Of a stretch of 64,000 bases of DNA, positions 17,364-27,084 are shown piece after piece; positions within the stretch are counted from its first letter, which is position 1; every line of letters starts with the position of its first letter. The stretch lies in the IMG/VR virus record IMGVR_UViG_3300017780_003104, positions 1 through 64,000 of that record. The stretch is one strand, 5' to 3'. Both the position numbers and the translations under genes were made by a program. The notes beneath the pieces were generated by a model that did no database searches, had not been told where the DNA came from, and saw nothing but the letters and a program-made list of their open reading frames with translations. The stretch is from a virus. Its lineage: Duplodnaviria > Caudoviricetes.

Positions 17364-18446
17364 CTAAATAACAACCACATCCGTATCAATTCTAGCCCAC
17401 CCTGCATCATTGGATGTGACGAAAGTGAAATTACCGGAAGATAACACGTTATAACTCATAGACACGTAAGATATATTATCATTAATATTTGTTATATATG
17501 TATCTGGAATTCTATAAGCTGATATTGTCGGAAATTTGATAGTGTCGATTTCTTCTAGAATAAATCCACCAGAATTGTGACCGCTCAGATACCATGTATT
17601 CCCAAAACCAAATCGCTTACCATAAAAAGTAAATGTATGTGACTGATCTGGAGATATATTTATATTATCGAATATAGGAATTCCATTATAGAAAGTATTG
17701 GTAAATTCTGGGTATGCTGATATTAATATAACATCTGTTGTATTATTAGATGATAATGAGTAATAATCATCATAACCGTTTAATGATGCACCACTAGAGA
17801 CAGTTGTAAAGTTTGTATTAACAACATAAATTGGTGCTTGTGGGGTTTCGTGTGCTGGAAATATCCAACCTTTAATCGTAAATGATGTATTTCCAACAAT
17901 TTTATATTTATCGGAATGATCAATATTCATTGGGTTTTCGAAATCGACATTCCCAGACCAAGTGACTTCAGTTCTCAATTCATCTATAAAATCTATTCCA
18001 AAATCTTCAGGTATCTTCCACGAAATTATGAAATATGGATTACACCATGGAATAAAATTAGATACAATCTGATCGATATCCTCTTTATAATTCGCAACGA
18101 TACTCACTGAAATATCCATTATAATTGGAACTGGAGATGGTATTTTGGAAACGTATCTATTATCCTCGATATTTGGTCGAGTCATCTTTTGATCTTTAAA
18201 TTGAATTCTAGATGAATCTCTTTTTATATTAGTCTGTTCAAAAGATATCACTGGAAGTGTGATATTTTTTGCCTGATTTACGATATCATAGAGAACTCTT
18301 TGTTTAGGGCCAAATATATATCTTACATTAATTTTCTCCTTTTGCTCGAAATCTTTGGTATATCTGTACACAAAAGAATCGTCAAACGCCGCCACAAATT
18401 GTGTAAGACAGTTCAACGATTCTCTATAATATGAATATTTGTTCAC
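17364..18446 (-). CDS. gp15: Tail sheath stabiliser/tail terminator (gp15-like) with C-terminal extension
   Basis: FVAAFDD..VYR, FGPKQRVL, LPVISFE....RD.SR, PVP..MDISVSI, DQIVSNFIPWCNPY; GTG start. Confidence 0.85.
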   Translation of the reverse strand: MNKYSYYRESLNCLTQFVAAFDDSFVYRYTKDFEQKEKINVRYIFGPKQRVLYDIVNQAKNITLPVISFEQTNIKRDSSRIQFKDQKMTRPNIEDNRYVSKIPSPVPIIMDISVSIVANYKEDIDQIVSNFIPWCNPYFIISWKIPEDFGIDFIDELRTEVTWSGNVDFENPMNIDHSDKYKIVGNTSFTIKGWIFPAHETPQAPIYVVNTNFTTVSSGASLNGYDDYYSLSSNNTTDVILISAYPEFTNTFYNGIPIFDNINISPDQSHTFTFYGKRFGFGNTWYLSGHNSGGFILEEIDTIKFPTISAYRIPDTYITNINDNISYVSMSYNVLSSGNFTFVTSNDAGWARIDTDVVVI

Positions 18447-18452
18447 TCCTTT

Positions 18453-18459
18453 TATTTAG
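18453..18459 (-). promoter_or_regulatory. Late promoter CTAAATA (gp15)
   Basis: 6 nt before GTG 18446. Confidence 0.75.
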
Positions 18460-18482
18460 TCATAGCGAGACATCCACTGACC

Positions 18483-18677
18483 CTACGCATCTAAATAATC
18501 ATCTTCAGAATCCATAATATCCCATTCAATTGCATCAGTATAGTCCTTTGGTAAGGTTACACTCTTCACATTTTCTTTAATCCATATAATATAAGATGGA
18601 TCTAATTCAGCGACTTTATCGTAAAGTTCGCCTTTATATTTCCCAAAGGTAATTATATCTTTATATGGATCGATCAT
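18483..18677 (-). CDS. Small FGKYKG-motif protein (exonuclease X C-terminal/DUF3820-like)
   Basis: ITFGKYKGE....V...DPSYIIW. Confidence 0.75.
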   Translation of the reverse strand: MIDPYKDIITFGKYKGELYDKVAELDPSYIIWIKENVKSVTLPKDYTDAIEWDIMDSEDDYLDA

Positions 18678-19816
18678 GTGGAGAATCCTATTTTTCTTTC
18701 CTCGAATGAATTTTCCATATGGTTGTCTTCAACATTGAAAAATTCAGCTAGTGTCATTGGTTCTTTGACATCACGTTTAAATCCAGTAAAATTAGATAAC
18801 TTATTACATTCATCGATAGATAAGCTATCAAATTTATATTCTAAGAACATTCTACCCTTTCTTAATAATGCTGGATCTACTTGTCCAATATTACAATTGA
18901 AGGTGGCAATGATTTTTAAATTCAAAGCATCCTTCAAAAATCCATCAGTGAGTCCGAGTAGATTGTTGGTGGCAGAGTTCCTATCCGCAGAAAGAACTTC
19001 TTCTGCGTCCTCAATTAACAGAATTGTGTCCTTATTCTCCATCATAAAGGTTACAAAACCCGGAGATGAAATAACACTAAGCATTGATGGGGGAATATAT
19101 ATAACCTTCTTTTTACAATTTGTAATGATATGTTTAATATAATTACTCTTGCCAGTTCCGGGATCACCATGCAATAGCATTAGATTCTCAGTCTCTTCCT
19201 CAATGAATCTTTTCATTTTATCATGAGGGAAATTCTCACCATAGAATATATCATATCTATCATCTTTAATTGGGATAGACTTGAATTTAGTTTTTTGTGT
19301 GAAAAGACCCCTTTGATTTTGTGCAATTAAATAGAATTTATCAATTTGTTTAGATACATCGATTAAATACGTATTTATTTTTTTAATAAGACTTTCTATG
19401 AATATTCTATTACTTATTGTTGGTAACATACTGATATACATAGACTCATCTGAAGATCCAGCAATAGAAGGATATTCATCCTCATCATCTTCATTATCTT
19501 CTCTTTCTTTACCTATACATGCTTCCCCGGTAATAATTATCTTATGGTTAAAATGAACATATTTAAATGATTCATACCCACGTTCTGCTACGTCAAATCC
19601 TTGAGATAATAAAAATTTTTCAAATTTCTTTAATTCAGAATGTGGTAATATCTTATCCTTAATCCTCAAGGATGTGGATGGTATAAGTCCAAAATATGTT
19701 TGGAATGTGGATGGATATTCCGGTGAAAGTTCTGGTGGTGGTGTTCTGGCTATTAAGCCTTCATTTGTTTCATCATACCAATGAAACTGATCTAAGTATT
19801 TTTTTAAGTGTGTCAT
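18674..19816 (-). CDS. AAA+ ATPase
   Basis: Walker A LLHGDPGTGKS, Walker B LLIEDAE, LLGLTDG, DPALLRKGR. Confidence 0.92.
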   Translation of the reverse strand: MTHLKKYLDQFHWYDETNEGLIARTPPPELSPEYPSTFQTYFGLIPSTSLRIKDKILPHSELKKFEKFLLSQGFDVAERGYESFKYVHFNHKIIITGEACIGKEREDNEDDEDEYPSIAGSSDESMYISMLPTISNRIFIESLIKKINTYLIDVSKQIDKFYLIAQNQRGLFTQKTKFKSIPIKDDRYDIFYGENFPHDKMKRFIEEETENLMLLHGDPGTGKSNYIKHIITNCKKKVIYIPPSMLSVISSPGFVTFMMENKDTILLIEDAEEVLSADRNSATNNLLGLTDGFLKDALNLKIIATFNCNIGQVDPALLRKGRMFLEYKFDSLSIDECNKLSNFTGFKRDVKEPMTLAEFFNVEDNHMENSFEERKIGFST

Positions 19817-19819
19817 ATG

Positions 19820-19863
19820 TATTCCTTTTCTATTCCTTTTCTATTCCTTTTCTATTCCTTTTC
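19820..19863. repeat. 4 perfect tandem copies of 11-mer TATTCCTTTTC
   Basis: Direct reading; ends 3 nt upstream of the AAA ATPase ATG on the minus strand. Confidence 0.95.
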
Positions 19864-19899
19864 TATTTCTTCTCTTTATATTGATGATTTTTCTATACA

Positions 19900-21513
19900 T
19901 TATACAAATCTATCTAAAAAGTATTTTGGTAATTTATCTCTATTCCTGAGTATAACATCAAAAATAGATCCATCAAGTATGTAAGTTACACACTCATCGT
20001 CCTTGGATCTAATTCCTCTACCACAAGCTTGAACCAATGTGCAGAGCATTTTATTTGAATACCATTGTTTGTCAAGCTTCATCATCTTTTCGACTCGTTT
20101 ATCCTTCGTTGGTAGCCAAGGAGCCTTAAGAACAATTTGAAATTTGGCTAAATCTCCCTTTAAATCAACACCATATGTCATACTAGGAGACACTAAAACT
20201 GTGGGTTCTGGTGAATCTTCATGCATTTCTAATATGTCTTCATTTTTGACTCCAGCTTCTCTACATAATAATCTATCACTCTTCACATTATCTCTAAGAT
20301 AATCTGCAATATATTGTGTATGAGTGTGAATGATACCCTTATCCTCCGAATGCTCCTGCAATATACCCTTAACCTGTTTAGCTAGTGTTGGGAGCATATC
20401 TTTTAAATTATTAAAATTTAATTTTTGTTTAACCATTACATGGATTGGACCCTTTAAATGATCAAATTCCGTATCAACTTCAACATATTCATATTTATCT
20501 ATACCTAAATTCTTACAAAAACTTTTATGATCAATGATGGTTGCAGACATAATAATAACATGTTTAGCATGACTGAATATATACTGAGATAATTTATCAA
20601 CCTTCAGTGGTGTAAACTTAATATTCTTATTTTCATGTTCAATGATATATTCACTATCGTAAAACGTTGATACGAGAATCTGTAAACTACCTTGAAGATT
20701 TAATAGTTTTGTGTATTCTCCAGATTTTTTATAAAAGTCAGCTGATCCTTTATTATCATTTAGGTATTGCTTGTAACTTTCTATGTTTTGGGCCAATGAA
20801 GCAATCAATTCATTTAACCATTTGAGAACCTTCACTGGAGTCTCTTGGGTTGGGAATGATGTTAAGGATGTTCCACTCCTAACTAGGAATGGAACATCCA
20901 CTACACACGAAAATTGACTCACTAATTGTTCTTCCAATTCTGAACCTTCGTCACATACTATTATATGCCTTTTCTTTAAATGTTCAGGTAAGCAGAAAAA
21001 CATACTATAGTTAAGAGATGAAAAACTACTCTTCAACATATTATTTCTTGCGTTATAATATGGACATTTATTCGCTTTCCAGCAATCATTTTTCAATCCT
21101 TTAATATAAATACATGGCGCGATGTCAACACTCATCGTGTCATCAATAGCACATTGATAGTTACTCTGACCCTTCAATACGCCTGTATCGTCAAATGTAT
21201 TTTTATACTGATCTTGAAGAGATTTAGTGATAGTTAAGGCATAAACACCAAACGCTTCGTCATCTTTTATAAGATCTGATCCACTATCTGAAAATATAGA
21301 ATAGTCATCTACACATTTTTTAAAATTATCAGATGCTCCATTAACTGCATTCGCTAATGTTTTAGGTAAGTGTCCTTTGCCCGATCCTGTTGGAGCATTT
21401 ATAATAATAAATTTCACATCATTATTGATGTGCTTTTCTATCTTTTTTAGAATTTCTACTTGTGGTCTAGATGGCGTATATCCTTCTGGAAAATTTAATA
21501 ATAGGTTGGTCAT
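19900..21513 (-). CDS. DinG/XPD/Rad3-family SF2 helicase with putative Fe-S cluster
   Basis: Q motif SRPQ, APTGSGKG, four Cys (YQC..APC..DC..KCPY), DEGSELE, IIMSATI, QIVLKAPWLP, VQACGRGIRSKDDEC..YILD. Confidence 0.9.
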   Translation of the reverse strand: MTNLLLNFPEGYTPSRPQVEILKKIEKHINNDVKFIIINAPTGSGKGHLPKTLANAVNGASDNFKKCVDDYSIFSDSGSDLIKDDEAFGVYALTITKSLQDQYKNTFDDTGVLKGQSNYQCAIDDTMSVDIAPCIYIKGLKNDCWKANKCPYYNARNNMLKSSFSSLNYSMFFCLPEHLKKRHIIVCDEGSELEEQLVSQFSCVVDVPFLVRSGTSLTSFPTQETPVKVLKWLNELIASLAQNIESYKQYLNDNKGSADFYKKSGEYTKLLNLQGSLQILVSTFYDSEYIIEHENKNIKFTPLKVDKLSQYIFSHAKHVIIMSATIIDHKSFCKNLGIDKYEYVEVDTEFDHLKGPIHVMVKQKLNFNNLKDMLPTLAKQVKGILQEHSEDKGIIHTHTQYIADYLRDNVKSDRLLCREAGVKNEDILEMHEDSPEPTVLVSPSMTYGVDLKGDLAKFQIVLKAPWLPTKDKRVEKMMKLDKQWYSNKMLCTLVQACGRGIRSKDDECVTYILDGSIFDVILRNRDKLPKYFLDRFV

Positions 21514-21519
21514 TACCCA

Positions 21520-21548
21520 ATTATAACCACAAAATGGATGGTTGTCAA
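21520..21548 (-). promoter_or_regulatory. Perfect sigma70 early promoter TTGACA-N17-TATAAT, 6 nt before the helicase ATG
   Basis: Minus strand TTGACAaccatccattttgtggtTATAATtgggtaATG. Confidence 0.85.
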
Positions 21549-21880
21549 GATGGTTCCGCGATAATATACAAATAATTATCGTGAAGTTTGGAAGATTCTG
21601 AGGTATTCATAGTTTTCATTTTCCAAAACGATTCTTCAGTTTTTGGTATAAATGCAGATAAACAGTAATCGAATAGAAATCCATTTATAAGTTTTTCGAC
21701 CCTATATGGGTAAGGTAATTCATATTCTCTAATGTCATTTGGAGTTTCTAATTTAAATTTTATAAAAAACTGTTTAGTGTTGAATACTTTAACTTTACCT
21801 TTTTTATAACTTTTCCCATTTAATTGAAACTCTATATTTTTCAACATCAACACTTTTAACTGTTCTTCTAATTCAATCAT
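21545..21880 (-). CDS. Hypothetical protein
   Basis: ORF 111 aa in operon orientation. Confidence 0.65.
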   Translation of the reverse strand: MIELEEQLKVLMLKNIEFQLNGKSYKKGKVKVFNTKQFFIKFKLETPNDIREYELPYPYRVEKLINGFLFDYCLSAFIPKTEESFWKMKTMNTSESSKLHDNYLYIIAEPS

Positions 21881-21909
21881 ATTAATAATTACATATTTTT
21901 ATATAATTA

Positions 21910-22479
21910 TCAACTAACTGAGTCCATAAAATTTAATTTCTGCTCTGGTGTCATTTTTAATAGTACATCGTTATAATATTTCCAAAATGTATCATCTGCT
22001 GGAATTGTCTGTCTTAGATAGCATGTAGAATTAGATGCACCTTTACCAGTAAATGGGGATTCGGGTGTTGATATGGAAATATTTCTATAATCCTTCATAA
22101 GTATATCCCAAGCTACCACCAAATCGTGTTTAGCCTCATCGACTCTTCTTCCGGTTCTAGGTAAGCGAAAATCTAAAGATATTTTAGCATTATATGAAGT
22201 TAATAATGAGTATGAGAGTGTGCATAGCATTCTCCTAATCTCCACTCTTGGGGGTACAGGTGCTCTCTCAGGTCTTCGCCTCACAAATACAACCTCACAT
22301 ACATTATTCTGCATAAGTGCCTTTAATTCGGCTCTAGAGATCAATCTATCGGACTTAGTGATATTGGATTTATAGTCTTCAATAACTTGGAAACCTTTAA
22401 CAAATCGATTCCAAGCATCTCTAAGGTTTCCCTTAGAGTCCATTGCTATTCTTTCGTATCGTTCCTTACCAGATGCCAC
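21910..22479 (-). CDS. WYL_2/DUF2693-like Sm/SH3-fold protein
   Basis: LMQNNVCEVVF.RR...RRMLCT...LVVAWDI..KDYRNI pattern. Confidence 0.55.
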   Translation of the reverse strand: MASGKERYERIAMDSKGNLRDAWNRFVKGFQVIEDYKSNITKSDRLISRAELKALMQNNVCEVVFVRRRPERAPVPPRVEIRRMLCTLSYSLLTSYNAKISLDFRLPRTGRRVDEAKHDLVVAWDILMKDYRNISISTPESPFTGKGASNSTCYLRQTIPADDTFWKYYNDVLLKMTPEQKLNFMDSVS

Positions 22480-22483
22480 TCAT

Positions 22484-22897
22484 TTATTTAACCTTGCAAA
22501 TACCGAACATTCGTTGTTCGTTCAAGAAAAGCCCTTTATCAATCTTACCGTGACCATCGACTTCAACATTGGTAACTTGGATTCCCATATTTGCAGGGAA
22601 TAATACAATCTCTCCAATTTCAGTATATCGAACATTTGGTCCTTTAAGGATAACTTTACCCTTTCTCCACATGTTATGGACTTGATTAGTTGGGATGGCG
22701 ATACCGCCACGCATAACGTATTCGACACCATCTTCACCACTCTGCAAGTCACAGAATTCGATCAGCATTACATCATCCATCAACTTTGACAATTTATAAT
22801 CCTCTAAACCGAAATCGGTAGGTAGATTCTTATCTGAAAGATCGATATGGGAATGGAGAGGTTTTAAAAGGTCGATTGATGCTGGTTGTTCACTCAT
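22484..22897 (-). CDS. groES: GroES-like co-chaperonin (gp31-like)
   Basis: LMDDVMLIE, RGGIAIP, GKVILKGPNV...IGEIVLF. Confidence 0.75.
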   Translation of the reverse strand: MSEQPASIDLLKPLHSHIDLSDKNLPTDFGLEDYKLSKLMDDVMLIEFCDLQSGEDGVEYVMRGGIAIPTNQVHNMWRKGKVILKGPNVRYTEIGEIVLFPANMGIQVTNVEVDGHGKIDKGLFLNEQRMFGICKVK

Positions 22898-23240
22898 GAA
22901 TGTATTTACGCATATCGTCCATCATGTCAATCTCTCGTTTAGAATAAAATTCAGGAATATGAATTTGATCTATCTTTTCAGCTTTAGGTTTTTTTATATA
23001 AGCTATTTTTTTATATTTTTGCTTCGGGATGATATGTTCAAAGTATTTAAATTGATCCTCTTTAGTTTTAAAGATATTATAACTATTTAAAAAATCATTA
23101 ATATAATCGACAAATTTTCCATTTTCATAAAACGAGAATGTTTTAGTGGTTAAAAATGGGTTAAAATTTTCGAGTAATTCATTATCCAATTCAGTCTTAT
23201 CCTGTTTGAATATAAGGTAGTCAGTTGTTTTAAAGCTCAT
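22890..23240 (-). CDS. gp62: Clamp loader small subunit (gp62-like)
   Basis: FNPFL..KTFS, QFKYF...IPKQKYKKIAYIKK resembles gp62 family. Confidence 0.6.
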   Translation of the reverse strand: MSFKTTDYLIFKQDKTELDNELLENFNPFLTTKTFSFYENGKFVDYINDFLNSYNIFKTKEDQFKYFEHIIPKQKYKKIAYIKKPKAEKIDQIHIPEFYSKREIDMMDDMRKYIHE

Positions 23241-23261
23241 ATTTTTATCATTAAAGGTCGC

Positions 23262-24026
23262 TTACAGCTTCGAACATAGTATTTTTCTCGTTTCCTCAAT
23301 TCCTTGTCCTAATCCTAAAAACATATAATCTAACTTCGGAGGTATTCCAATATAATTAGAGGTTGATGAATGGAGAATATTAATCCTTGGTTCCGGTAAA
23401 ATCATTTTAGCAATATCTGATAGTTTGTATTTCTCAGTATAACAGCAATCGACCCCCTTATCAAGAGGGTTATTTTCAATATAATGGACGACAATCTTTA
23501 AAAAATCGGTCATATATATAAAATCCATATACCTATCATTATCTATGATCAAATCTCCCCCCTCTAAAAATTTATGAATACAGGTTTTTATAAATCGTGT
23601 ATTCAACTCATTTTCATCAAACACACCATATATTTTCAAACTGTAAAAATTATCAATGTTTCCAATATACTCAGAAATTAATTTTTTACTTCTTCCATAA
23701 AAGTTTAATCCAGAAGTAATGTCTTCCGCACCGGACCCAAAAGTAATCAGTTTTGTAAAATGTTCTCTATTATTGTATAGGTTGAAGAACATTGACAAAT
23801 TATTGATCAATATATCACTATCATCCTCTTTCATTCTACTTCCACCAACAACAGCACTATGAATAATCACATCATATTTTTTACCTTCGAAAAATTTATC
23901 AACATCGGAAGAATCTAAAAGATTACATATCTCTCTAGTTACTAAGTCAACCTCATATAAATGTTTTATTTTTGAGTGTATGGCTTTTCCCACATAACCA
24001 TTAGCCCCAGTTATTAATATTTTCAT
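23262..24026 (-). CDS. NAD-dependent epimerase/reductase (extended SDR)
   Basis: ILITGANGYVG, YGRSK, RYMDFIY. Confidence 0.9.
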   Translation of the reverse strand: MKILITGANGYVGKAIHSKIKHLYEVDLVTREICNLLDSSDVDKFFEGKKYDVIIHSAVVGGSRMKEDDSDILINNLSMFFNLYNNREHFTKLITFGSGAEDITSGLNFYGRSKKLISEYIGNIDNFYSLKIYGVFDENELNTRFIKTCIHKFLEGGDLIIDNDRYMDFIYMTDFLKIVVHYIENNPLDKGVDCCYTEKYKLSDIAKMILPEPRINILHSSTSNYIGIPPKLDYMFLGLGQGIEETRKILCSKL

Positions 24027-24553
24027 TTATATATATCTGGAAATTCCACTAATATGGTGCTCTTATTATCGGTTCGATATAACGCTTTTTTATAACTCGG
24101 GAACACATCTTCTGGTGTTTTTAATTCTATGATATCGATGGTTTTACACATCGATCTAAAAGCATCTGTGAAATTTCCTTTGTGTTGATCTTGCGGATCA
24201 ACTGGAATTTCACTACCAACCGCTACTCGAATAATAGCCTTGGGATTACATCTACCATCTGACATTAATGTGAATTTATCTAAATGATTTACTATCTGAT
24301 CAGTTCCCATTAGTAGAAAATTCCATCTCGGAATTATAGAAATTGGAATAAATCCATTAATGGCTAGTCCATTCACGACCCCACATTGTAAATATTCGAC
24401 AACTGGAAATTCTATTTTTTTAGAATCTGGAACACCAAGTAGAGAATCATACATGCCAGTCCCGCCATATTTTACAGCCTGACCAATAAAAATTGTATCG
24501 GGATGATTTGCTAACATCATCATCGATCTTTCGATTTCTTCAAAATAATTCAT
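24023..24553 (-). CDS. TPP-dependent enzyme E1-beta-like subunit (pyrimidine-binding domain only)
   Basis: IFIGQAV, EFPVVE..Q.G...GLAING..PI, DQIVNH, PQDQH; 176 aa, no transketolase C-terminal domain. Confidence 0.85.
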   Translation of the reverse strand: MNYFEEIERSMMMLANHPDTIFIGQAVKYGGTGMYDSLLGVPDSKKIEFPVVEYLQCGVVNGLAINGFIPISIIPRWNFLLMGTDQIVNHLDKFTLMSDGRCNPKAIIRVAVGSEIPVDPQDQHKGNFTDAFRSMCKTIDIIELKTPEDVFPSYKKALYRTDNKSTILVEFPDIYK

Positions 24554-24555
24554 AC

Positions 24556-25206
24556 TTAAAATTGCACTCTTTTTCCGGCTCCCGCATGTGGGTATTTGGT
24601 GTTATCGTATTCATAATACCACAAGTTATCCTGTTTGTAAATCCCTTTTTCCGACATTGTTTTTAGAAACATATCGACATCATCTATAAAATAGGGGATT
24701 GTTCGATTCCATGTTTCGTCGGTGGGGGTCATAACGGATTTATTATTACATTCGACAATATAATTAATCGGCAAGTTATTATTTTTGGCGTATTTATATG
24801 CTTCGTGAAATGCTCCGGTTTCAGCAGACATATCTCCAACCCAACACCAAACTTTATTATTTGTTTGCTTGAGATTTTCACCTAGAGCTAATCCAGCCGC
24901 AATGGATGGTATTCCTCCAACAATAGAACTACATATGAATTTATATTCTGGTAGATTCATAACCATTGATTTACCTTTAAGTATTTCACTTTTCAATAAA
25001 TTTTCGGGAATTCCTTTCAATAAAGCTTGATAATGATTCCTCCAAGTGCAACAAACCCAATCATTGGCATTATTGATATCATTAAAAATTTCCATCATAT
25101 GTGATTCATTTCCATTATATAAATGAATAGGTGCTCTGATTTGTTTATCGTCAAATAAATCACCTATTTCATTTTCAAACTGAATCAATTTATCTAATGT
25201 TACCAT
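24556..25206 (-). CDS. TPP-dependent enzyme E1-alpha-like subunit (short)
   Basis: PIHLYNGNE, WRNHYQAL.KG, SSIVGG, TPP motif GDMSAETGAFHE...ECNN. Confidence 0.88.
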   Translation of the reverse strand: MVTLDKLIQFENEIGDLFDDKQIRAPIHLYNGNESHMMEIFNDINNANDWVCCTWRNHYQALLKGIPENLLKSEILKGKSMVMNLPEYKFICSSIVGGIPSIAAGLALGENLKQTNNKVWCWVGDMSAETGAFHEAYKYAKNNNLPINYIVECNNKSVMTPTDETWNRTIPYFIDDVDMFLKTMSEKGIYKQDNLWYYEYDNTKYPHAGAGKRVQF

Positions 25207-26183
25207 ATAAATTTATTTTTATAAAATTCAACAATACTTTCTATTTCAATATCAAAATTTTGTTTAGGGGACCATCCTAGATTTCTCAATTTAGAATCAT
25301 TTAATGCATATCTAACGTCTTGTCCGGGTCTATTGTAAGAAAAATCAACATGATTGGAGATATCGGTAATACCATAACACTTCAAAACCTTTTCAATAGT
25401 TTCAATGTTGCTTTGTTCATATCCACCACATATATTGTATACGCCATGGTTTATTCCTTGTTCTACAATTGTAACAATTGCGTCGGCAGTATCTTGAGCG
25501 TGTAACCAATTTCTTACAGAATTTCCCCCATTGTGGAGTGGTATTTTCTTACCAATATTCACATATTTACACGCCTTCGGTATAAGTTTTTCAACATATT
25601 GTCCATTCCCATAGTTATTAGTGGGTCGAATAATGACATATGGTATATCATATGTTCTATTCCAAGCCAATATCAACATATCAGCAGCAGCTTTAGTGGC
25701 AGAATAGGGATTACTAGGTTTTAAGATATCATCTTCTGAATGTTCACCCTCGATAATATCGCCATAAACTTCATCTGTGCTGAACTGTATAAGAACTGGT
25801 TTTTTAGATGATTCTTGTCTATAATTTTTAAGTAACTCTAAAATATTATGAATCCCATTTACATTAGAATGTATGAAATCTTCGCTATTTGCTATGGAAT
25901 TTCCGACATGTGTTTCAGCGGCAGTATTAATAATATAATCACAATCATATAAAAATTTCAAATCATTAATGTCACAATGAACAAATGAAAAATTCTCATA
26001 TTTATTAAATTCTTCCAATAATTCATCATTGGCTGCATATGTGATTTTGTCAACACCTTTAACAAACCAACCCTTTTCGAGAGCGGTTCTTGTCACATAC
26101 GAACCTATAAATCCCAAACATCCTGTTATATAGACTATTTTTTTCATATTTATCTTATTTACCAGATTGTTTATAGTAGTCAA
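25200..26183 (-). CDS. rmlB: NDP-glucose 4,6-dehydratase (RmlB-like)
   Basis: ITGCLGFIGS, DKITYA, AAETHV.NSI, FSTDEVYG, PSNPYSATKAAADML, RPTNNYG..QY.EKLIP. Confidence 0.92.
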   Translation of the reverse strand: MTTINNLVNKINMKKIVYITGCLGFIGSYVTRTALEKGWFVKGVDKITYAANDELLEEFNKYENFSFVHCDINDLKFLYDCDYIINTAAETHVGNSIANSEDFIHSNVNGIHNILELLKNYRQESSKKPVLIQFSTDEVYGDIIEGEHSEDDILKPSNPYSATKAAADMLILAWNRTYDIPYVIIRPTNNYGNGQYVEKLIPKACKYVNIGKKIPLHNGGNSVRNWLHAQDTADAIVTIVEQGINHGVYNICGGYEQSNIETIEKVLKCYGITDISNHVDFSYNRPGQDVRYALNDSKLRNLGWSPKQNFDIEIESIVEFYKNKFIW

Positions 26184-27084
26184 CGAGACGTTGTATCACG
26201 GAATTAACGTCGTGCTTTATTTCGAATCCGTAAGATTGTAGCTTTGTGGTATCCAAATAAGAATGTCTGACTTGCACTATGCTGTGAAATTTTGTTGGTT
26301 CGATATGATCGATTATAGAACTAGATTTAGAATAATCAATAGCTTTATTAATAATATCTATAAATCTATAAGGTGTGCCGCTCCCTATATTAATAATCTC
26401 GTTTGTTGGTGCCTTATCTAAACATATCTTTATAGCATCACATACATCATCCACATATATATAATCACGTAACACCTCACCGCCATAGTATAATGGTAGT
26501 GAGTTATTATTAACAGCTTCTCTAATCAAGAATTGTAGAGCATTCTTCTTATTCGAGATCTTATTATCCCCCTCACCTATCACGTTTGCCAATCTAAATA
26601 TTCTATACTTGATGTTAAAAGTCTGACAGAATGATACTAATAATTGTTCTGCACATAATTTTGTAATTGAGTAGAATCCAGTAGGATTACATTTGGACGT
26701 ATCTTCTTTAAAAGGTATTTCATTGTTTTGACCGTAAACAAACCATGAGCTAACAAAATTAAACACGAAATCGTTGGTATCTTTGTGTTGTTTAATATAT
26801 TCCAACACCTCGACAAGTTTTACGAGATTTGTATTAATATCCTTTTTCAGATCAGTATGGATATTATAATTGTCTACTGTGCTTATAAAATATAATATAT
26901 TATTACTTTTCGAAGCATTATCATCCCTATCTATTTTCACTACCACATCATCATATAGTTCGCAAAAACGACCACCTATAAATCCGGTCCCACCGTATAC
27001 TGATATTTTATTGATCATAATGTTTGGGATTGAAGGGTTGGGTTGATAGCCCTCGACAAATAGTTGACATTTGAATTTCCACAA
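26155..27084 (-). CDS. NAD-dependent epimerase/reductase (extended SDR)
   Basis: VYGGTGFIGG, SSWFVYG, YSITK, RLANVIG, RDYIYVDDV; real start probably an internal ATG near MINKISVYGG. Confidence 0.88.
   Translation of the reverse strand: MWKFKCQLFVEGYQPNPSIPNIMINKISVYGGTGFIGGRFCELYDDVVVKIDRDDNASKSNNILYFISTVDNYNIHTDLKKDINTNLVKLVEVLEYIKQHKDTNDFVFNFVSSWFVYGQNNEIPFKEDTSKCNPTGFYSITKLCAEQLLVSFCQTFNIKYRIFRLANVIGEGDNKISNKKNALQFLIREAVNNNSLPLYYGGEVLRDYIYVDDVCDAIKICLDKAPTNEIINIGSGTPYRFIDIINKAIDYSKSSSIIDHIEPTKFHSIVQVRHSYLDTTKLQSYGFEIKHDVNSVIQRLVDYYKQSGK

Noticed and set aside
19900-21513. CasDinG of a type IV CRISPR system
   Set aside because: No csf/cas genes or array nearby
24023-25206. Pyruvate dehydrogenase as a central-metabolism auxiliary gene
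   Set aside because: Both subunits are truncated, E2/E3 are absent, and the pair is embedded in a deoxysugar operon, so sugar C-branching fits better
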